This document shows positions 1 through 14,222 of a stretch of 64,000 nucleotides of DNA, piece after piece. Made by a program: the position numbers and the translations under genes. Numbering within the stretch: position 1 is the stretch's first letter; each line of letters begins with the position of its first letter. The notes below the pieces were generated by a model. That model had not been told where the DNA came from, made no database searches, and saw only the letters and a program-made list of their open reading frames with translations. Location of the stretch: the NCBI RefSeq assembly GCF_009914755.1, contig NC_060927.1; one strand, given 5' to 3'. Source of the stretch: the human T2T-CHM13v2.0 reference genome, Homo sapiens.

Positions 1-29
1 TCTCTACTTTCTTGAAAATAAGAAATATA

Positions 30-343
30 CAGTCATCCTTTGTTATCTGCAGAAGATTGGTTCCAGGACCCCCATGGGTACTAAAATCATGAATGCTAGA
101 GTGCCTTACATAAAACGGCATCATATTTGCATAAAACCTATGCACATTCTCCCTGTACTTTAAATTATTTCTAGATAACTTATAACACTTAATACAATGT
201 AAATGCTATGCAAATGATTGTTATACTGTATTTTAAAATTGTCTGCTATTTTTATTGTTATATTTTATTATTTTTTTTTGAAATATTTTTTCATCTGATA
301 TTGGTTAATTCCATGGATACCGAACTGGTGGCCTCCTGGACTG
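30..343 (+). mobile_element. MER2 (TcMar-Tigger non-autonomous DNA transposon)
   Basis: Starts CAGTCATCC...GATTGGTTCCAGGACCCC and ends ...GGACTG. TA dinucleotides flank both ends (28-29, 344-345). Body matches recalled MER2 consensus. Confidence 0.85.
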
Positions 344-384
344 TATTAGCTCCAAAGATTGTTCCACCTACACTTTTCTATTAT

Positions 385-670
385 TTTTCTCCCCAGGCCT
401 TAGGTAGTTTTCTTACAACGCATTCACTGATGTCTCAGCTAAAGACTCTAGGGGAACTCTCTAGATATCCAGAGCTCTTTCTATACAGCTGTCTTCTCTA
501 GCTGCTTGGCCTTCTTGGATTCCATTACCGTTTTCTCAGTACAGGAAGATATTCTACATTCTCACTGCAACCTGGAAACTGGGAAATTTCAGGTCTCATT
601 TTGTTTGTTTTCCCTCTTTCAGGGATCACTGTTCTGATGGCCAATGACTGAAATCCCTATTTTATGTATT
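385..670 (-). mobile_element. Ancient L1M 5'-end fragment
   Basis: CAGCTAAAGACTCTAGGGGAACTCTC...TTCAGGGATCACTG resembles reverse-strand L1M4/L1ME 5' UTR as recalled. Confidence 0.5.
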
Positions 671-1119
671 TGAGCTCAAGCCAAAGTCATTAGACAAGGG
701 AACCAGTTATTAAAGACATTTGAGGTTGATCTTCTGGGATATAAAGCAGCATGATAAAAGGCAGAGAGAGGACTTGAAGGGGCGAATAGAAAATATCCAG
801 CATACTTGACCAAAGAGGTTCTCATCTTAGCTACTTCAGAATTTATTCTTGTAAATAAACTGGACTAAGTCCTTTGGCCTCATTTCCTATTCTAAGCATC
901 TATAGACTTTGCAGCATATGATAAGCTAAACATCCTCAATTTCAAAGTTGCGAAAATACATAGTGTCAGAGCAATTTTGCTTATTTGTTTATCCATGTTA
1001 TTTAAAATAGAAGGCAAATTTTACAAATCCAAAAGTTAAGAGTTCAGTCTCCTGATTTTATTAATAATGATTCTTCAATATGTACAATGAAGTTCAATAC
1101 ATGTATCCAATATATCTGA

Positions 1120-1370
1120 ATAACAATAATATCTATAATTTATTGAGAAATGTCTGTATAAAATGTACATAATACATCATTTACAGATACTTTTCTTGTT
1201 TAATCCTCAGAGTACCATTATAAAATAGTTATTGTCATTTTAATGCCGATTTACATATTAGAAAACAAAATTAAACTGATTCTGTACGTTCACGAAGATC
1301 ATCTAACAGGTAAATAGCCGTGCTTGGATTTAAGCATTGAGCTTTCTGCCTCTATAGCTCACTCTCTTGT
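1120..1370 (-). mobile_element. MIR SINE, degraded
   Basis: TTTAATCCTCA...TTTACA..AGAAAAC...AAGATCA...GGATTTAA core pattern. Confidence 0.55.
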
Positions 1371-2034
1371 TGCCTCTTTTTGCTTTGGTAAAAAATCAAA
1401 AAACAGCAACACAAGTTCAAAGACAATTGTTATTGTTGGGATCCAGAAAAAAAAATTATTCACATTTTCAATTTCAATATGAAGGTTAACTCAAGTGTCA
1501 CTTTGGGCAACTTGCCCAGACTCCACTGCTTCTCCTCCATAACTGGTTCTTTCCCTCATTTGGCACCTCTCTCATATTGAACGGTGAGTCCACTTTCAAC
1601 ATTTCTCTGATAGTGAAAGAGAGAGAAAAAGAGATAGTATGGAGCTTTAAGCCTTTTATTTAGTTAAGCTACTGAAATATTTTCATGCGTAAAGGCTGCA
1701 AAACTGTACTCAAAAAGGGTTGCTTGACATTTCAAAATGGTACCATCTCTGTCAAGTTAAGAAGAGCATGCTATTTACAAATCTTCCTTAACACAAATGC
1801 ATATGATGTTTCAAGGATTCTTTTCATCTTAAAACTGAAGTGCTTATACCTGTTTTCTCATCTAACACTGCATTAGAAATGACAAAAAATAGTGTGAATC
1901 CAGGTCTGACTGCCAACGCATTGTTACGTACAGATGGTTAGAAGTCAGCTTTGTCCATATTAGCATTAGATGACCTTACTGACCTATTTACTGGTGTACA
2001 ATATTTTATATCCAACTACTGAGAGGAATTAGTG

Positions 2035-2037
<3 letters not shown>

Positions 2038-2082
<45 letters not shown>

Positions 2083-2159
2083 ATATATATATATATCGAG
2101 ATATATATATATCGAGATACATATATCAAGATATATATATATCGAGATATATATATATC
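2038..2159. repeat. Compound microsatellite (TG)n(AG)n followed by five GATATATATATATC-type palindromic units
   Basis: Directly visible in the sequence. Confidence 0.95.
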
Positions 2160-4623
2160 AAAAATAACAGGAAAGTAACAGAGCAGATGACAAATTGGAG
2201 TCAAAAGAGTGAACAGCCTTGTTTTTTGGATCTGTAGTTAGAGGGCAGAAAGAAAAAGAGGAAACCTTCATTGTCTTTACAGTAAGTCCCTAACGGTTAT
2301 CACCCTCTACAACTGCTATCAAAATAAAAGTATCCATTCATTATAGGGCCCAATGCCAGCAAACAGGCATAAAGATGTCACCTATTAATCAATTCTCTGT
2401 CATGGGAGATGTCCTGGATAGAAGATCACTTCGGGGATATATTGATCATATTGTACTAAAGTAGATGTTTGATAGAATGTACTCAGAGGTCCCTTACAAC
2501 TCCATTGTTCTATAATCTTAAGAGTTATATAGATTAATAAGTAATTCCTTCCACATTACTATGTATTTGTGATGCAAATAGAAATTCCTGACTGTCAATA
2601 AGACAGCAGCATGTAAGTGCACAGCATATTTCTGGCCTTTCCATTGCAATTCATTTTTTAAAAATTATAGAATTATTATATTTGAAGATCATTACCTTCA
2701 ACTTTTCATTATTTCAGATGAAAAAGCAAAGACTTGGAGAAGTGAATTGACTTGTTAAAGTTCCCAGAGCTACCTAGTGGTAGATGACCTGCTAAGTAAA
2801 TCATGGGAGGTTTAACTCAGTGCTCTAACTTACACATGCTAAAAGATAGTTTGTAGTTACAGTGTGCAAGAAAGAGCCATGAAATTTACTACATTTTATA
2901 TCACTATGTTACATCAGTTATTAAATTTTCTACATTTAATTGTTCCATCAGTACAGTGGACATACTGTTTTCTTCCCAGAAGTCATATAAATGTTGTTTC
3001 ATACTTACAATTTTAAGATAATCATATAGAAAACATGCCATATATTTCCAGTGATTTATATTTTTATATAGAAAGAAAGATAAAACAAATAGTTTTTAAA
3101 AACAAAGCATGAACTGACAGAAAACCTTAGTTTTATGTGGACATTTAATAGGTTTCTCTACTATAAGCAAAGTGTGAAGAATATATACACTCGGAATTAA
3201 GTTGAACTACTCATTGGTTATCTTTAAGCACCCCACATCAATAGGTGGTTTCAAATTTTCTTAGCTATAGACTTGGTTATCTGAAATAAGTCTTATATTC
3301 TGAGCCATCCTGCAACCCACATGTCAGCTGAGAGGCCTTTTCTTTTCTGAGTTCTGTACGTTATGTAAGTGACCTCAACTCCAAGGCCTATGCGAATCCA
3401 GAGCTCTCTCAAGTTTTCTGCAGATGTGCAAGCCTTCACAAGCTTATGATCTCCTTTATCACCTAACCTCCTGCTTCCATATGCTACTCTCTTGCAAAAC
3501 CCAACTCCCTTGCCAATTTCTATCCACAATCAGCAATCATCAACAACATCCATCCCTCCCAAAACATTTGTGAATATGGTATGACTAAGGTAGAATTTCC
3601 TAAGTGCTAAAGAACCTGAGTAATGAAAAAGGATGAGAAGATCTTCGCTTATCATGCAGTAAACACTTTTAAGACTGAAATTAGACATTCCTTTTTTTCT
3701 GTAGTCCTCTGGGTTCCTCTCCTAGCTCTCCCCCAAGATATCATTCCATCTTATGTCCTTTCCAGATTCCTTTCTTCACCAGCCCCTATTTCCTCACCCC
3801 CTTCCCTTTCTCTTTCCTTTCTAAAAAAAAAATTATCTTTCTCTGTCCCAAAAGACCAGATCCATTCCTTGCTCTGAAGCCTTTGGCCTTTGGAATGTCC
3901 TTGAGACCCATCCAGGCAGTTATGATATTTTTTTCCCAACTCAAAGATAGTTCTCTTCCTACAAATCCTGGGGTGTATTTATAGATAATAATTTATTTGC
4001 CATTTTTCCAGTTTTAAAGTAAATCTAGAGAGGGCACAAGAAGACCAGATATATAGATTGGCCTCTGAAAGATGCTAAAATTACCAGCAGACCGTACTGG
4101 AGTAAATTATGTGCCTCTAGATCTTGGAAAAAAAAAGAGATAAAATAGGGTTGGCAAATGCCCACTTGCCTCATTGAATATTATTCAAGCTATAATTTTA
4201 TCAAGGTTATTGTGTTTAATAATTTGAATTTAAGTGACCACAATAATGAAAACTGTTACCTTTATAGAGAGAAGTAAATAGTACTTTCTGCTTGCTAAGT
4301 TATTTTACATACTTCATCTCACTCGAGCTTCACAGAAACCTTCTGGGAGAAATAGATGAGGAAATATCATTAGTTTAGTTTTTTGTAGATGTCATGAAGG
4401 TATGTTATTTTCAGAAATGAGATTTCAACTTTAGTCCTTCCATATATAGCTACTCAAATTTAGCCATTTTTCTATATCTCTCTGCCACTTCCACAATGGT
4501 GACCTCCCTCCTGTCTTGAGTTTCTCTAATTCAGTCTCACTTCTGCAACCAAAGAGATATTTTAAAAATCCAGATTTGCTCATTCCACATCCTTTCTTAA
4601 ATTGGCTCAATGCCTTCCCATTG

Positions 4624-4850
4624 TGTGATGGTTAGTATTAGCTGTCAACTTGATTAGATTGAAGGATGCCTAGATGGCTGGTAAAGTACTGTTTCTGGGT
4701 GTGTCTGTGACTGTGTTCCCAGAGGAGATTGACATTTGATTCGGTGGACTGGGAGAGGAAGACTCACTCTCAATGTGGGTGGGCAGCAATCAACTGCCAG
4801 TGAATCTAGAACAAAGCAGGCAGAAGAAGGTGGGATGACCTTGCTTGGTT
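4624..4850 (+). mobile_element. MLT2A/B (ERVL) LTR, 5' part
   Basis: TGTGATGGTTAGTATTAGCTGTCAACTTGATTAGATTGAAGGATGC...CTGGGTGTGTCTGTG...CCAGAGGAGATTGACATTTGA is the MLT2 5' end; truncated at 3'. Confidence 0.85.
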
Positions 4851-5059
4851 GGTTGCCTTCTAATAATCATTTAATCACAAATTGCCCCATCTATGAAGTT
4901 GGGGTCTGGTGTCTTTACTATAGGAAAGCATATGACATCATGGTACCAGACATACTGTGAAACAACTGTTTTTATATTCACCTATTTCTGTTAGTGGACT
5001 TCAAGTTATATGAGGAGAGTGACCATATTGCTTAAAAGCACTTGTTGAGTAAATTCATT

Positions 5060-5278
5060 CAGGGGTCAACAAATGACATCTGTGGGCCAGATTTAGCTCA
5101 CAGCTGTTTTTGCACAGCTCACAAGGTGAGAAGTTTAAAATTTTTAAAGGATTAGAGAGAGAGGAAACATAAAGAAAAAGAAGGAGGAGGAGGAGAGGGA
5201 GCAGAGAAAATATATAACCCTCAAAGGCAAAAAAATAATGTATTATCTCCGTCTTTACAGAAAAAAATATCAACCTCC
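5060..5278 (+). mobile_element. MER58(C)-like hAT-Charlie MITE
   Basis: CAGGGGTCAACAAA...GGGCCAGATT left end and TTATCT..CTTTACAGAAAAAA...CAACC right end. Confidence 0.7.
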
Positions 5279-7349
5279 AAATTAGTAAATATTTTTACTA
5301 ATTAGAAGATATTTTGAATCTAAATGTTTGCCTCTTTCAATAAGCCAAGATCCTTCTCAAATATCTTACGACTATCTTTAAAATCTTTTGATTATAGGGA
5401 GAGTCACTAAGCCTGTTATATGAACATTCTAAATGTCAGTTCACCTTACTGATTAATAACAATAATAAACATCTCTGATGAGTATTGCCAGGTAACAGTG
5501 GCTGCTAGCGGCATTAACTAGCTTCATGAGACTGATTCAACAGAGGTTGCTTATATCTGCCGAAAGTATGATAAGCTTGGCAGACTACAAAACAAAGTAG
5601 AAGAAAAGTGTTTTTGAGAGTAAAATCAACCTGGTAATTTCGACTCTTATACTTTGTTTCCCAAAATATTTTATTCATCAAATTGAGAGCCCATATGCGA
5701 AAGAGAAGAAACAAAGCTTTCAGGTGAGTGGGTAGCACTTCCTCTACTGTTTTTATAAGAAAAGTGTGGTCTAGGTAGTTTTCAAAGGAGGAAAACAGTT
5801 TTTTATTTCTGCTGCTTTTTAATATGTTTTCAAAGTTGTTATTTAAATAGCTGGCATTCTTAAGATCTATTATGTATTCAACCACGTGCAATTTTATGTA
5901 TTTTGCCCTTAGCAACCATAATTTCTTTGTTGTCTGCATCAAAATAAAGATATTTAGGTGAAGGTTTTCACTTTTCAAGTTTTCACTCTACTTAGCAAGT
6001 TACTGTGTGATTGCTGATTCTCTAAAACATCAAATTATAAACAGGATGCTTAAATAAAAAAGACTTATTGGTAATTGATAATTCTATTTTGAAAATATAT
6101 TGAACCTAGTGCTTTTTGCAAAGTCATGTGAAAATATTCTGGTGTACATAGTCTTTTTATTACAAAGTGTTTTAATAGGTGTTGGACAATAAATTATAAA
6201 AATATTTTTGTTAATTTTCTTTATAATACTTATAAATTTACTTACATGAATAATGTCAGTGGAAAACTAGAGCTCAACAATTTTACAGTGCAATTACTGA
6301 AAGTGTGTCCTCCCGTTCACTGGTTTGCTTATCAAAAGTCTATCAGCTTGAGGTATGATTTATTCTTTGGCAAGCAAGAGTGTGACCATTCAAACCAAAG
6401 GACATCAGCCCAGTCAAGTCTGAGCTTTCAGGATTTAGGGGAAGTGGAGAAGGGGAAGTATTGCGAACAGGGAGGGAATAGACACTGTGCTGAAAAACCT
6501 ATTAATTTACTTTTTCTAGAGGAGATGATGAAAATGTTGATTGCCTGTATTCTTAACATATATAATCAGCTAATAAATAAAATTAGAATCCCTGAGCTTG
6601 CATATATTATTTCTATATATTATTTGCAACAAATGATATATTACCATCTAGCTCCAAGTTATGATCACGTCCACTGTCAGAGCCTTTACTGGGAAATTCA
6701 CAGTAAATGCAGAATCTGTTACTGTTTTAGCTCAGAGTCAAGTAGCACAAATCATAGATTCACTATTCAGGAATTAGGCATTGAAATGGCTCAGAATATG
6801 GTAAGTAATTTTTTAATAATTCTATTCATTTAATCAACACATAGATTTTTGAGTACCTAATATATGCATGGCATTTCACCATAAATAAGACTAGTGTTTT
6901 TTCTCAAGGAGTAAGCAGTTTAATTGGGGGCAGCAACATATAAATACTATTATTTCAAATAGTGTTGAAAGTGTGAAATATGGGCTATGAAAACACAGAG
7001 CAGGTAGCAAAAAAGTTTGTGTAGAGTATCCCTTATGAGGTTCATATTGACAAATCACCAAATAACTATGATAAATGTTAAGAAAGAAAACATGTTTGAG
7101 CTGCAAAAGTATCCCACAATTTTCCAAAGGGGAAAACGTTGATACAAGTCTATTTTTTTTGTTTGTTTTGTACTGGGCCAGTTAATTAAATTAAGGGTAA
7201 GAAAGGTCTGGAAGACCCCGCTATTATAAAACTCTATTTATAACTTGAGTTCCTTTTATGAAATGCATTATAGACATACTTGCTTAGGAATTTATTACTA
7301 GAATATAGTAAATAGTTGTTAGGAAATTTGCTGTCTTGATGTCAATGAA

Positions 7350-7610
7350 ATAATGAATAATAATGCTGATGCTATCTACCTCTAATTGAGCTTTCTGTAA
7401 AACTCTACCAAGTGTTTTATATCTATTTTTTCCATTTAATTATTTTAATGAGCTAGGTACTATTATTATCACTATGTTACAGATGAAAAAAACTAAAACA
7501 TAGAAATGTTAAGTAACATAGGGCAGCTAAGCAAGGCATTGGTAGGTGAAAGAGCTGGGATATAAACCAAAGGTTGAAGGATTCATAGCTAAGCATTTAA
7601 CTATTGTATT
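7350..7610 (-). mobile_element. MIR SINE
   Basis: TAGGTACTATTATTATCAC...TTACAGATGAAAAAACT...AGAAATGTTAAGTAAC core. Confidence 0.65.
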
Positions 7611-8325
7611 TTATGAAGGTAAAGACAAAATAAAGCTCAACATGCTTTTATCTGAAAAGTCAACAACAAAGGATATAGGCCAAAATTAATATGCCTATAA
7701 TTTGGCCATAATCATTTATATATTTTTCTTTTAAAAAATGTTTCTTTGAAAGTAAAATTCTAGATTTTTTGTATTGTGGTCCCTGATATTTTTTACCTGC
7801 TGAATCCCAAGTATACAATTTTACTCTATTTATGTACTCATTTTGGACCTGTGCCAAATCAGACAGTAGTAATTTTAGGATAGAGTGGTAATTCATTGCT
7901 TAAGACAAACCAAGAATGGAGATTAATAAACAGTAGTCAAATGGTAGATATAAAATATGTGTTTGTGGGTTAGATTATATGCTATAAAGTCAAAGATGCT
8001 AGCTGATAAATAGCAATATTCCCATGCCTCTCAGAAATATTTATATATGCATTGTTGCCAAAAGTGGTAAACGTGGATGAATTGTAAAACTTATTGTCCC
8101 CTTTGCTTTTTTCACACATGCGCTTTGCACTACTTTTAGAGAATCACGTGCCCTTGGCATCTTCCCTAGTCTGTTGTAAACTTTGATTATAGGATTCCCC
8201 TGTGTGGCCCATTACCATCAATTTGATTAATGTAATATTCCCATTTTTTTTTTCCTGGGGCCTCTCAGTACCCAGAAACCTAGTTTTACATTTTCACTAA
8301 AAACTAAACTTTAATTATCACATCT

Positions 8326-8790
8326 GTGTTGGTTTCCTTTTGCTGCTGTAACAAATTACCACAAGTTTAGTGGTTTAAAATAACACATTTTTATTTTCTT
8401 ACATTCCAGAAGTCAGAAGTCTGAAATGAGTCTTACATGGCTAAAATCAAGGTGTCAGCGAGCTGTGTTTTTTCTGATGGCTCCAAGGGACAATGTGTTC
8501 ATTGTCTTTTCCAGCTTCTAGAGTTCACCTACATTCTTTGGCTCATGGCTACATCACTCCCACTTTTACTTTCATTGCCATATCTCCTTCTCTGATACTA
8601 ACTCCCCTCACTCCCTCTTTCTTGTATAAGGGCCCTTGTAATTACATTGAGTCCACCTAGATAATCCAGAATAATCTCTCCCTCTCAACACTTAACTTAA
8701 TCACACCTACAAAGTTCATTTTCCCTATGAGCTGATATATTCACAAGTTCTGGGGATGAGGATGTGAACATCTTTGGAAGGGCTATTTGG
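8326..8790 (-). mobile_element. MLT1C/D (ERVL-MaLR) solo LTR
   Basis: GCTGCTGTAACAAATTACCACAA...AAAATCAAGGTGTCAGC...GTAATTACATTG...GATAATCCAGAATAATCTC...TTCACAAGTTCTGGGGATGAGGATGTG hallmarks. Confidence 0.85.
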
Positions 8791-10619
8791 GACCATGATC
8801 CCTAAAAATGACATGGCAAGGTTTTGACAAAAAACCTGTTTGCAATTTTCAGAATATAAACAACAATCTTTTCATTTACAGGCAGTCCCAAATAATCCTT
8901 CCAGTTCTACCTGATTATTTCTCTTCTCATCTTTTCTTATCTCAAGTCTTTGGGATAAAGTAACTGAATATAGGAATATAAGTCAAGTAACTTCATGTAG
9001 TAAATTATTTTGGTTTTTTCCCCCCACCTTTAGTCCTTTTGGTATTCACCAATGAAATCTGTTTCAGAACCACATTAGAGTAAAAGAGGATGCATCGTGG
9101 TATGGAACCTAATTATGTGTTCGTATTATCTGTGTTTCAGGAATTATGTGGACATAGTCTGGTGAATGACACACAGCAAGTGCAAAACTAATGTTTGGTC
9201 TTGCTTTCTCCATCCTTTTCAAAGCCTAATAAAGGCTGTAGGATGAAATTCATCTGTTCTGAGCATGACCCTTGACTTGTCATTTTGGTCCTCCCAAACA
9301 TCCATCTCAGTGGTTTGTATTGAAGCGGGCATTCACTGAGATTCTTCCATCTGTTCAGTTCCTGATCAGTGGTGACTTCAGTCCTTCAACAAATGGTGCA
9401 TTTGAAAAGATTAATGGGTTTTTTATCCTTGATGATGTTTCTAAATTCTGCACTAGGAAACAGAACTTGGGCTGGAAGATTTTGCAGGTACAAGTTACCA
9501 GAGTCATAGCAGCTATGGTGTGGAAGAGTGTGCAACTTAAAAAGTTGTCCCCTCTCCCTATGCTTCTTGAATCTTTGAAAACACATTTATGCACAGAAAA
9601 CATAAAACAGGGATAGCTTGCTTCAGATTGATTGGGGTTCCAACATTTGCTTCACTTATTAAAGCTTATAAAATGTCATTTAATTAATCCCAAGTTTTAT
9701 TTCGGTAGGAAATTATTTAGGAGTAGAAGCCATTTTATTATCACAGAAGCAAGGGAAATAATGATAATTTTTTAAAAGATTATAAAAAGTATATTTAATT
9801 TCAACCTTTCTAATTTTTAAAATGAAATAATGAACATCTGTGACTAAATGATTTTAGTTTTATTTAAGAAGAAAAGGTTTAATGTAGCTTCTGTGGGCTG
9901 TTGTACCAATGAGCCCTTATCAGCTGAACGCTATAAACTCTAATACTTACATCTGGGATTCTTGGGACTTTATCTAGAGTCATCATAAAAGAACTTCAAC
10001 ATTTACTGGGCTCAACCAACAGCCATAGAGTGCCCACTGTGAGTTAGGGCTTTACACTATAAACTAGCAGTGCAAATATAAATAAGATACGGAGGTCTTA
10101 TATATTTATATTTCTGCAAGAGATTTATATTCTAGAACAACATTCAAGTTCTATCCAAATACAAGTACAGCACTCCTGCCCAGTGGTGACACCAACATAA
10201 ATAAATCTGGTCCCTGCCCTATGGAACACAGAATCTAATGTGGAGGCAGAAAAGTATGTGTGGCCCATATACATACTGTATGAAAATATACTGTAGAGTG
10301 AATGTACATGTATTAAATGGAGGAGCTTTCATTTGGAGAGGGTCAGCAGGCAAGTAGCCTCACAGAATGTTATGACGTGGGCCATCACACAGTTCAGAGT
10401 GTGTCTATTACTCTGGTATTTCCAGAAATTAGATATATCAGTGTACTCAGGGGAGATTATCAACCTTCAAACAAGACAACAGTAACTACATTCTGAACAT
10501 TAGTGGATACATCATTGAAGATGTTCTTTTGCTATGATGAAAACGTTTACATTTCCTTTCCATATTATTCCATTTTCTCATATCAAAAATATTACCATAG
10601 AGTATACCATGAATTAGAT

Positions 10620-10830
10620 ATTTACTCATTCATAGAGCATACTATGAATTACATATTTACTCATTTAATCCTCAATACAAGTTTATGAATCAGAAAATCA
10701 TTTTACAAGGAGGGAAAATGAGGCATAGAGAGGTTAAGCAACTTTCCTGAAGTCCTATAGTTGGGAAATGAGGAACCAGATTTTGAGTGCAGCTTCATTC
10801 TAAAGCTGACAGTTGTCACTTCTGTGCTAT
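10620..10830 (-). mobile_element. MIR SINE
   Basis: CTCATTTAATCCTCA...CATTTTACA...GAAAATGAGGCATAGAGAGGTTAAGCAACTT core. Confidence 0.75.
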
Positions 10831-11208
10831 TTTGCTTAAAGGGTCTTAAGAAGAAATGGAAAACAGATCAAATAAAATAAAAATTAAAACATTTTTATTA
10901 TATAGGTTATTATTCCTGATTAAATTAGAAGTAGGTGTTTCAGGAATACATTATCTCCCCAAATTATGTGTACATTTAAATAGTCTAAACTTTCAGAGAC
11001 AAGCCTTATTTCCTTGGGTCTCATTTCTTGTCCTTCCAGATATGTCTTGAAAAAGGATCAGAATAATAAAGATGTGAACCAAGTGTGGTGGAAACAAAAC
11101 AGAGAGATGTAAATGCTTTAAAGCTATAGCAACAGACACGTGCTAATTAGTGAATAGCTTGTCTCCGTCATTTCTGTATTGCCTGTGGTAAAATGCCTCC
11201 ATGTGAGG

Positions 11209-11429
11209 GAGGTGATTTTATATATATAGAGAGGTGATTTTATATATATATATAGAGAGAGAGAGGTGATTTTATATAGATATATACATTCATATATAAT
11301 ATATATAATATATACATATCCATATTCATATCCATATGTATATATTATATATACATATCTATATTATATATAATATATATGATATATACATATCCATATA
11401 TAATATATATATCCATATATACATAAATC

Positions 11430-11460
<31 letters not shown>

Positions 11461-11494
11461 GGAGAGACAGAGAGAGACAGAGAGAGAGAGAGAG
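11209..11494. repeat. Three GAGGTGATTTTATATA units followed by a (TA)-rich tract and (GA)n
   Basis: Directly visible in the sequence. Confidence 0.9.
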
Positions 11495-12764
11495 AACATA
11501 TTTAATTTTTCTCCTCTCAGGATTTATCTGAAGGATCTGTCAGTGTCATCCAGCTCTAAAAATGGTTATGATTCCATAAAAAACCCTTCCATTTCCTTGC
11601 ATATATAACATTTTTGTCTTAATTGCAAAGTTAATGTTATTTCCCATTGTAGCTATTAGTGTTAATCTCCATGTACAATTCGCTTATTACAGTAAAGCTT
11701 GGCTATCTGGAGACCAGGCATCCTAAAACCCCAGGCTTTCATCCAGATCTGAAGACAATTGGAGAAAACATGCATACACAGGATCACCTCTGCCCATTTC
11801 CTTTTTGTCATGGAGACTTGTTTCCTGTAGCCACTTGAAATACACAACAGAAACAGCTTAGATGAAATGAAGATCCCAGGGCTACAGTTCCATGTTATAA
11901 CTGATTTGTCTTCCAAAATGAAGAAAGGAAGAATAAGTCTAGATAAAATTAGATTTTTTTTTTTTGGCAAAAAGAGTAGCATTCTTTATGTAACAGGAAA
12001 CAAAAAGATAAGGAGGGAGAAAATCAGAAATATGGAAGAGAGCAATGGAAATTAATAGTATCTGGTTTTCTTACTGAGGTTGAAAAATGAGGGTAAGGAG
12101 AGAAGGGGTCAGTAATTGAATCAGAGAATCTTAATTAAAAACAATATAATAACACTGGAGGGGTAAATCAATCCAGAAAATCTACAGTAGAAAAGATTTA
12201 GTTGCTGGAGACGAGTGGAGGATTAGAAAAAATGCACAATCTCAAAGGAGTCAGAGACCAGGATCAAAATCAGTATGGACAACAATGTTGAAGTGAAGTG
12301 TTCACCACAGAGTGAAGTGGAATATAAGCAACTGAAATCTACTGTAAGAGAGGGAAGAGTTCTGAGTGATAGTTTATAACTCAGCAGCATTTAGGGCTTG
12401 TTTTTAGGGTCACCAAGAACTCTTTGCAATGGTGAGTAAGTATGGCTTAAAGAGTCAGTGCTGGGTTTACCGGTAGCCACAGTGGTGACTAAATGTTAAT
12501 GAAGTCATTGGAGACTGTGAACAGCAGACACTCAAATAGTGGTGAACTGCAATAAAAAGGCATGATTAGCTACATGGTGTTCATTATGCAATGATGATGA
12601 TGGTAGAATTTCTAAATCTCCAATCCCCAGGTATCCTCTCTCATTTGTTGTCCTTCTAGATATGCCTTGAATAAGGATCAGAATAATAATTCATATCCTA
12701 TACTGTTTTCATTTCCTATAATGAATTCATTCTTGACTCCATTTCCTAATAATGTAAGATATCA

Positions 12765-12817
12765 CTCTCTCTCTGTGTGTGTGTGTGTGTGTGTGTATGT
12801 GTGTGTGTGTGTGTGTG
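12765..12817. repeat. (CT)n(GT)n microsatellite
   Basis: Directly visible in the sequence. Confidence 0.95.
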
Positions 12818-13039
12818 AATGGCATCTGTGCATCAACATTGAAAACTTCCTGAAACTGTTGATACTTCAATGCAAGTTGCCTTGAAAGTGGTATCTCTCC
12901 ATTAAACTTTGTTAAAACCAACTACTGCATGTACCATTGACCTAGTGAAGGGTGAGGTAACATGCTCAGTAACTATGGCTTCAGTCCAATGTGCTATTAG
13001 CTATGAAGGGCCACAAGGCCCATGATGACTTATTATCTT

Positions 13040-13472
13040 CCATCAGCTCTCTCAGGTCATGTCATTGTATCTGCAAGGGCTATTCCTTCTGCCTAGAATG
13101 CTCTTCCCTTGGGTGTCCATGTGGCTAATTCCATCGTCTCCTCCAAGTTTTGTTCAAATATAATCATCTCCTTGAGTCCTAACCTGACCACCCTATGTAA
13201 GATTCTAATTCATTCTTCTTGTCACACATAACCACCCCTTACTCTATATTTTTTTCTTTCCTTCTCACTCATCGCTTTCTAACATACTATGTCGTGTTCT
13301 CTTTTGTTTTGTAGAGTTATCTATCATTTGTTTCCTGTCTTCCCCCTCTTGAACAGAAACACCACAAAAGCAGAGGTTTTTTTGCTTATTTAGCTCACCA
13401 ATGTATTCTAATTACCTAGAATATTGCCTGGTTCATAGTATGCACTCAACAAATATTTGTTGAATAAGTTGA
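13040..13472 (+). mobile_element. L2 (L2a-like) 3' end
   Basis: TTCCTTCTGCCTAGAATGCTCTTCCC...CCTAGAATATTGCCTGG..CATAGTA..CACTCAACAAATATTTGTTGAAT terminus. Confidence 0.8.
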
Positions 13473-13865
13473 AAAAATAGATGATGTGGAAATGAAATAC
13501 CTGAACCTATGCCCCAAGCCTTAGGCTTTCAGTTTGGGCTGCAGTTGAGTTCATTTAGGTTAAAGTGTCCTCAATGGTAGGAAAGACTGACAGAGTGAAA
13601 TCGCCATTCCTAGCTTTGCTATTTCTGTCTTTCAGTTTTAGTCCATCTTTCATCTACTTTTTGCATACAGAAAGCTACACAAAAGTGTGTACTTCTTCTG
13701 TGACAGAATTTTTCTTTAATTCCCTGCTTCTCCTGAGCTCCTGGGACCCCAGGATTAAAACATGTATTTTCTGAACATTTTTTCTCAGAATATTCTTCCA
13801 AATTTCTTTTCCTAACTGAAAATTGTCTATCCCCTGAGAACAGCATATGCTCTGCAGAAACCTCA

Positions 13866-14222
13866 TGTATTAGTCCATTTTCATCCTGATGTGAAGAAAT
13901 ATCCAAGACTGGGTAATTTATAAAGAAAAAGAGGTTTAATTGACTCATGTTCCACATGGCTGGGGAAGCCTCACAATCATGACAGAAGGCAAAGGAGGAG
14001 CAAAGGCACACCTTACATGGCAGCGGTCAAGGGAGTGCGTGCAGGGGAACTGCCCTTCATAAAACCATCAGATCTCATGCGACTTATTCACTATCATGAG
14101 AACTTCGCAGGAAAAACCCGCCCCCCATGATTCCATTACTTCCCACCAAGTCCCTCCCATGACACATGGGGATTTGGGAGCTACAATTCAAGATGAGATT
14201 TGGGTATAGCCAAACCATATCA
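13866..14222 (-). mobile_element. THE1B/C (ERVL-MaLR) solo LTR
   Basis: Runs TGTATTAGTCC...CCAAACCATATCA. Perfect 5-bp TSD CCTCA at 13861-13865 and 14223-14227. Confidence 0.93.

Noticed and set aside
5514-5978. 154-aa minus-strand ORF
   Set aside because: Non-ATG start, K/L/N/F bias from AT-rich DNA, and no recognisable homology.
6246-6833. Longest ORF in the track (195 aa)
   Set aside because: No recognisable domain, AT-rich composition, and no exon or retrocopy context; consistent with chance.
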